A stretch of 63,890 bases of DNA, counting the filler, from Perkinsus chesapeaki ATCC PRA-425 (Eukaryota > Protista > Perkinsozoa), in the NCBI GenBank assembly GCA_013115145.1. It is 10 parts of 10 records of this genome, joined end to end, with 100 filler letters (N's around TTAATTAATTAA, not from the genome) between each part and the next. Parts side by side here need not be neighbours in the genome. Positions count along the whole stretch, not along the records: positions 57,992 to 61,591 come from JAAPAO010001383.1; positions 61,692 to 62,741 come from JAAPAO010002253.1; positions 62,842 to 63,890 come from JAAPAO010002256.1; 7 more parts are not named here. One strand, 5' to 3'. The position numbers were made by a program, and so were the translations under genes. The notes below the pieces were generated by a model. It saw only the letters and a program-made list of their open reading frames with translations. It ran no database searches and was not told the DNA's origin. Each line of letters starts with the position of its first letter. Position 1 is the stretch's first letter. Positions 58,761-63,890 of the stretch are shown here, piece after piece.

Positions 58761-59363
58761 TTAATATTTCTCCATTCGCTATGTTGCGTTTTGGTGTAAG
58801 TACACTAATAGAGCGTGTGCTCTACTCGAGATGAAATATCTTATAGTGTTGCAGTAAGCATCACTGTATTGAACCAATATTCAAGATAACGTAGTCGACG
58901 AGAAAGGCTGACAAATATTCCACTTCGCTTCAATCACAAAGCATCGTCTAAGAGATTCTATTCCACATTACAGAATAAGATCGCCTAGTTTACATACATA
59001 TCATATACTTAATCTGTACATTTTACCGCCAAAAGCATATTTGGTGCCAACAGAACTTTTTACGCACTTCCAGCTTTATACAGGATACGATCAGATAAGA
59101 GTAAATATATTGTGCAAATCTCACTAATAAACATGGAATTTTATCGTTGGTCTTGCTTGACTAGACTTGGCAATCTAGAGTTGCTCAGTCAAACTTTATA
59201 ATTTAACTCGGTCGATACAAGTGCTGATTTCGATCACACTTCATGTCAAACTTATAACACAACAGAAGCGATGTGACCGAAGAAACGAGGAATTAACTCG
59301 AAATATCGGGATATAAATACAGTTTAACCGACAAAAAGTGTATAAAGAGAGATATAAATATAT

Positions 59364-60653
59364 TCACTCTATCGGTATTGCAGTACCGCTACCGTCACCA
59401 TAAGCCGCAGCAGCACTTGAGCTTGTTGGGAGGGGGGTGAGCTCGATAGTGCGATGCTGTCGACGTTTACAAAGCCAAATGACAAGACAAATGATAAGTG
59501 ATGCGCAAATAAGTGCCAACACGATAAGTATCAACAACTCGTATTCTTCACTCATTCCACCAAACCAGCCATTCTTGGCCATCTCCTGTAGCGTCGTAAG
59601 AACATCCTTACTGGTAGTACTTGGCTCCTCGCCACCTCTAAGTGACGGAGGAATGGTAGTAGCCTCCTCAGTAGGAGCGATATCGGTAATTTCGTTACCA
59701 TAGGCATCGACTGGACGACCAACCACGAGAACTTGTTTACCATATTTGTAATTGCCCGGCACCAACTTGAGATTATTCAGTTCGATGCCTGACCCAGGAT
59801 ATTGAGATTCAAGTGCAGCAACTGGCTTATTGGGAACTTTGCAATCGCCCCAATCAAGCCTGTCCCAAGAAGCTGGCTCGTAATCATTTTTCAAACCGCA
59901 AACTCCGCCCTCCGCGGTTCGACACACAGTTGTTTTACCGTCCTTGTAGCCCGGACAAGAACTACAGGGCGTATCTGGATCGGTAGACTGAAGCATCTGA
60001 AATATATCTACATGACAAGCTGTACCGTTCCAAGTGTGAACAACTCGGAACTCGGGATTCTCACAACCCTCCCAGTCGTCATCGTCCAGCTCCGAGCCGA
60101 CAAGATACTTGATTCCTCTCACGCGGAAGTATCCCCGATCCTCCGGCATCAATTCTTGCAAGACTTGGGCTATGTTCTTCTGGTCAGACTTGGCGTACTT
60201 CTTAAATGACTCTCGGCAATCTGCCTTCATAATCGACGTATCAGCGTCGACGTCCCACGGAATGTACCCTTTATGATGACGATACCATCCAAGGAGGGAG
60301 CCATCACTGAGCGCTGGGCTCAGACCGATGGTGTCCATGGCGTGGGTAGTTATGTTAACAACGTCTGTGAGGCACTGGAAGAAATCCGAGTTAGAATCCT
60401 GGGCGAGCAGCTCATCTCGACTAGTGCATTTTGAACCATCAATAGTCACTTCATGTCGAGGCCACTGGGACAGATCAGTTGTGTCCTTGATGTCAGCCGG
60501 GCAGAGGAACAGATGTTCCAGTGGTGCCGAGATGGGATTCTGTTCGGCATAGACTCGGATGAAGGGATGCGCTGAACTACTCACTGCAGCAGGCGTTGCC
60601 GATTGGGCCAGTACCTTGCCTACTGCTATTAAGCCTATAAATGATAGAAACAT
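59364..60653 (-). CDS. LicD/fukutin-family nucleotidyltransferase-fold protein, 429 aa, signal peptide plus C-terminal TM
   Basis: SDGSLLGWYRHHKGYIPWDVDAD matches the LicD motif; likely start MFLSFIGLIAVGKVLAQS at 60653; TM YELLILIVLALICASLIICLVIWLC; intronless. Confidence 0.85.
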   Translation of the reverse strand: MFLSFIGLIAVGKVLAQSATPAAVSSSAHPFIRVYAEQNPISAPLEHLFLCPADIKDTTDLSQWPRHEVTIDGSKCTSRDELLAQDSNSDFFQCLTDVVNITTHAMDTIGLSPALSDGSLLGWYRHHKGYIPWDVDADTSIMKADCRESFKKYAKSDQKNIAQVLQELMPEDRGYFRVRGIKYLVGSELDDDDWEGCENPEFRVVHTWNGTACHVDIFQMLQSTDPDTPCSSCPGYKDGKTTVCRTAEGGVCGLKNDYEPASWDRLDWGDCKVPNKPVAALESQYPGSGIELNNLKLVPGNYKYGKQVLVVGRPVDAYGNEITDIAPTEEATTIPPSLRGGEEPSTTSKDVLTTLQEMAKNGWFGGMSEEYELLILIVLALICASLIICLVIWLCKRRQHRTIELTPLPTSSSAAAAYGDGSGTAIPIE

Positions 60654-60879
60654 AAACCAAGTGAACTGAAACGGACAGAAGCACCGTGGAGAGCTAAGGT
60701 AGGGTGAAGAAGGAGGAGGAGGAGATGTTAACTCGACATTAGTAATATGGTGATGAAACTTAGAGTGGGATGCGTTACAAACTACTGCTAAAATAATAAC
60801 AAGTTTATTCCGAGAAAGTGACACAATAGTTGTCCCTGTGGAACCTAGGCTCCAAGGAAATGTGTGCACGTCGGAAATG

Positions 60880-61591
60880 TTAATAGATATTTGCAGCGGT
60901 GTTAATCGGTGTCGAGGGAACGGAACGGTTCCTTTTTTTGAACATGAAAAAGTAAAATAATAACAAGCCAGACGTTGACAGGAATGTTACGAGCCCAATG
61001 TTAATTGAAGATATTTGCAAAGCTGGCACTGATACTAGTTTCGGGAGAGGTGCTGAAGCCCCAGTCGTAGAGGTGCTGACCGAAAGCAGGTCCACTGACC
61101 GGCCAGGTGACAGGAAAACTGAGGTGTCAGTTTTCGAGCCTTCGGTCATCTGGTCGCTGTTATTGAGGATCGCCTGACCGACTACCAGCATGTGGTCCTT
61201 GAACAAGTAATTCCGCGGAATAGACTTCAAGTTGAGGAGATCCAAGCTGACCGATCCGAAATGAGACTTTAGAATCGCCTCGGGGTTTCTTGGAATTTTG
61301 ACATCAACACCACTGAGCGTGTCTCTTCGCATCGGTAAAATATCGGCGACCAGCCCACATTGATCGCTGTTGATCGACCGGCAAATCGAGGCCGAGGTTG
61401 AATTTATCGGCACTGGGCATTTCTGACAGGGTGCTGAGGGATCGGTCGATTGAAGCATCTGGAAGACATCTGCATGACAAGTTACATCATCGTATTTGTG
61501 AATGAACCGGATCTCGGTCGTGTTGCAGCCTTCCCATTCATCTGGTTTAAGCTCTGAACCAACATTATACTTAACAGCAGCCACACGATAA
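60880..61591 (-). CDS. LicD-family paralog C, 5'-partial, with a C-terminal TM helix
   Basis: Same conserved blocks as paralogs A and B; cut by the contig end. Confidence 0.78.
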
Positions 61592-61691
61592 NNNNNNNNN
61601 NNNNNNNNNNNNNNNNNNNNNNNNNNNNNNNNNNNTTAATTAATTAANNNNNNNNNNNNNNNNNNNNNNNNNNNNNNNNNNNNNNNNNNNN

Positions 61692-62741
61692 CAACCCGGC
61701 AATGGCACGGTTTACCCACTTCGAGACGTCGACAGTCACCTCAACGCCAACGTATATCCTCTAGCTCAGCAGCAACCCCACAATGCTGCAACTAACCCGC
61801 CAGAAGGCATCAACGGTAACCTCAACGCCAACGTATATTCTCTAGACCGGCAACAACCCGGCAATGGCACGGTTTACCCACTTCGAGACGTCGACAATTA
61901 CCGCAACGCCACTGTATATTCTCTAGGTCAGCGACCCCGCAATGCTGTGACCAACCCTCCAAAAGACATCAACGGTAACCTCAACGCCAATTCACATTCT
62001 CTAGGTCGGCGTCAACCCGGCAATGGCACGGTTTACCCACTTCGAGACGTCGACAGTCACCTCAACGCCAACGTATATCCTCTAGGTCAGCAGCAACCCC
62101 GCAATGCTGCGACTAACCCGCCAGAAGGCATCAACGGTAACCTCAACGCCAACGTATATTCTCTAGGCCGGCAACAACCCGGCAACTGCACGGCTTGCCC
62201 TGCGACTAAGGGGCTCTCCAGTACTGCCAATCTTGGCGCCAATTCCCAAGCTACTATTCAACCTTGGTCGGAGCCCCTCGCCGCAGCCAATGGGTTCTCC
62301 TCCAACGCTAACGGTGACTTCGACCGTAAAGGTCGTGCGCAACCTTGGCCGCAACCCCTCAATGCGGCCAACGGTTCCCCCTTCATTGCTAATGGTGGCT
62401 TCAATCCTCAATCTACTCCGCAATCTTGGCAGGAGTCCCTCAGCCCGGCCAATGGACTCTCCAGCAACGTCGACGCTAACTTCAAGCCTGTAGGTCATGC
62501 TCAACCCTGGCAACAGCCTCTCAACGCAGCCAATGGCCTCTCCAGCAACGCCGACGGTGACGTCAAGCCTGAAGGTCATGCACAACCTTGGCAGCAGCCC
62601 CCTGATGCGGTCAACGGTCTTTCCATCGTTGCCAATGGTGGCGTCAATCCTCAATCTAATATGCAACTTTGGCAGCAGCCTCTCAACGCAGCCAATGGCC
62701 TCTCCAGCAACGCCGACGGTGCCTTCAAGCCTAGTCGTCAT
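61692..62741 (+). CDS. Asn/Gln/Pro/Gly-rich tandem-repeat protein fragment, open across the whole contig
   Basis: 350 codons without a stop; two families of 27-aa repeats. Confidence 0.75.
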
Positions 62742-62841
62742 NNNNNNNNNNNNNNNNNNNNNNNNNNNNNNNNNNNNNNNNNNNNTTAATTAATTAANNN
62801 NNNNNNNNNNNNNNNNNNNNNNNNNNNNNNNNNNNNNNNNN

Positions 62842-63890
62842 GTGAAGGTACCGGAGATAGTGATAGAGCGTCGCGGGATGAATCCCACTGTACTCCAAAC
62901 AGAGCTCCGGGTTTGTCGTCACCCGAATCTATGCCGTTAACGAGGTTCTGAATCCTCTTGCATTTCTGCTCAGAGAATCCATTGCTCGTTATCGTTTTGT
63001 TAACTCCCTCGGCCAGGCAGTTTCTGTCGACCACAGTCGTGGCTCCTTGCGCTATGTCGTCCATGAAGGAGCGGACACAATATGGACCGAGTCGCAGCCG
63101 CGGAGCTATGTCCTCATCGAACTCCTTCAACGTGACCTGCATGGACGTCTGGAGCATAGACGGGGAAGACGGGAGACCCATTCCGGCCCGTAGCAACATA
63201 TACCATTGCCCCTCCCAATAGTAACCCTGCGCGCCACAGTCGTCACTGATTATGGACAGTGAGTAAAAGGCCTTCTCCAAATCAGCCAGCGTGAAGAAGG
63301 CATAGCGTCGCAGCACCAACAAGGGAGTCACCACAGTCCGGTCGTAGATGACTCCAGCTGAGACAAACCCGCGCAACGTAGAGCCATCGAGAACCACACG
63401 CAATGGAGTAGTCGTAGAAGAAGCCCTTCTGACCACCAAGAGTCCGTATGCGTGGCTGATCTCCTCTTCAGCTGCCGGTCTGGCATAACCTCTCTCCACC
63501 AGCATGTGTACCTGGTCGCAGCATTGTCGATAAGCCTGCGGGTCCTTCTTGAGCTTTTCCAGGAGCTTGGTGGACATCTGCTTGGCACGCCTCAGCGACC
63601 TCCGACGGTTTGGCCTCGCTTCGCTAACCCATGGAATCCGATGCACGTGCCGTCGTATCGGTTCGGGGTGGGAGTTGGGCAAGGACTGAGCCTCAAGAAT
63701 GATGTCCACCAACGTGTCATCTGCCAACATGTGCAGAGGCTTATCCGCTCCACACAACACTGTGTCTTGTCCAAAGAGGTCCTCGGCCACCTGTGAGCGG
63801 CGTGAGATGGTAGTTACCGCTCTTGCGATCGCATCCAAGTCGGTTGTCTCGTCCGGCTCTGGCGGCTGCCTATAGACCTGCTGACTACCT
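62842..63890 (-). mobile_element. BEL/Pao-like LTR retrotransposon reverse transcriptase fragment
   Basis: STTTPLRVVLDGS, ADLEKAFYSL, MGLPSSPSML, SFMDD and LFGVQWDSSRDAL. Confidence 0.8.

Noticed and set aside
5246-61591. Apparent glycosylation gene cluster (GalNAc-T, methylases, GH30, LicD)
   Set aside because: The LicD genes lie on a different contig joined by linkers, and the others are separated by unrelated genes; no support for a cluster.

Overview
Eukaryotic, intron-dense DNA that looks like a Perkinsus-type alveolate (inference from many 40-60 nt GT-AG introns, AT-rich spacers and gene content). The window is about 10 contigs joined by artificial 100-nt N/TTAATTAATTAA/N linkers, so adjacency across linkers is not evidence of linkage. 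Genes: a multi-exon polypeptide GalNAc-transferase with an extended ricin-lectin region, two tandem SAM methyltransferases resembling bacterial pseudaminic-acid-pathway methylases, a partial GH30 glucosylceramidase, a CPSF160-like gene, three intronless LicD-family membrane proteins, and several secreted or hypothetical proteins. Mobile DNA: an intact, very young LTR retrotransposon, a gag-pro fragment with a -1 frameshift signal, DIRS-like and BEL/Pao RT fragments, a PIF1-like helicase fragment, MITE/foldback elements and many minisatellites. Most striking: short introns in several unrelated genes are largely made of tRNA-gene fragments. Eight carry a T-arm/B-box, 7-nt acceptor strand, discriminator and oligo-T at tRNA-gene spacing; five others share an AATTTCGTGGCGC A-box-like motif; both occur in either orientation. 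Two full-length tRNA-shaped relics lie nearby. All calls were made by eye and by recalled family motifs; no searches were run.
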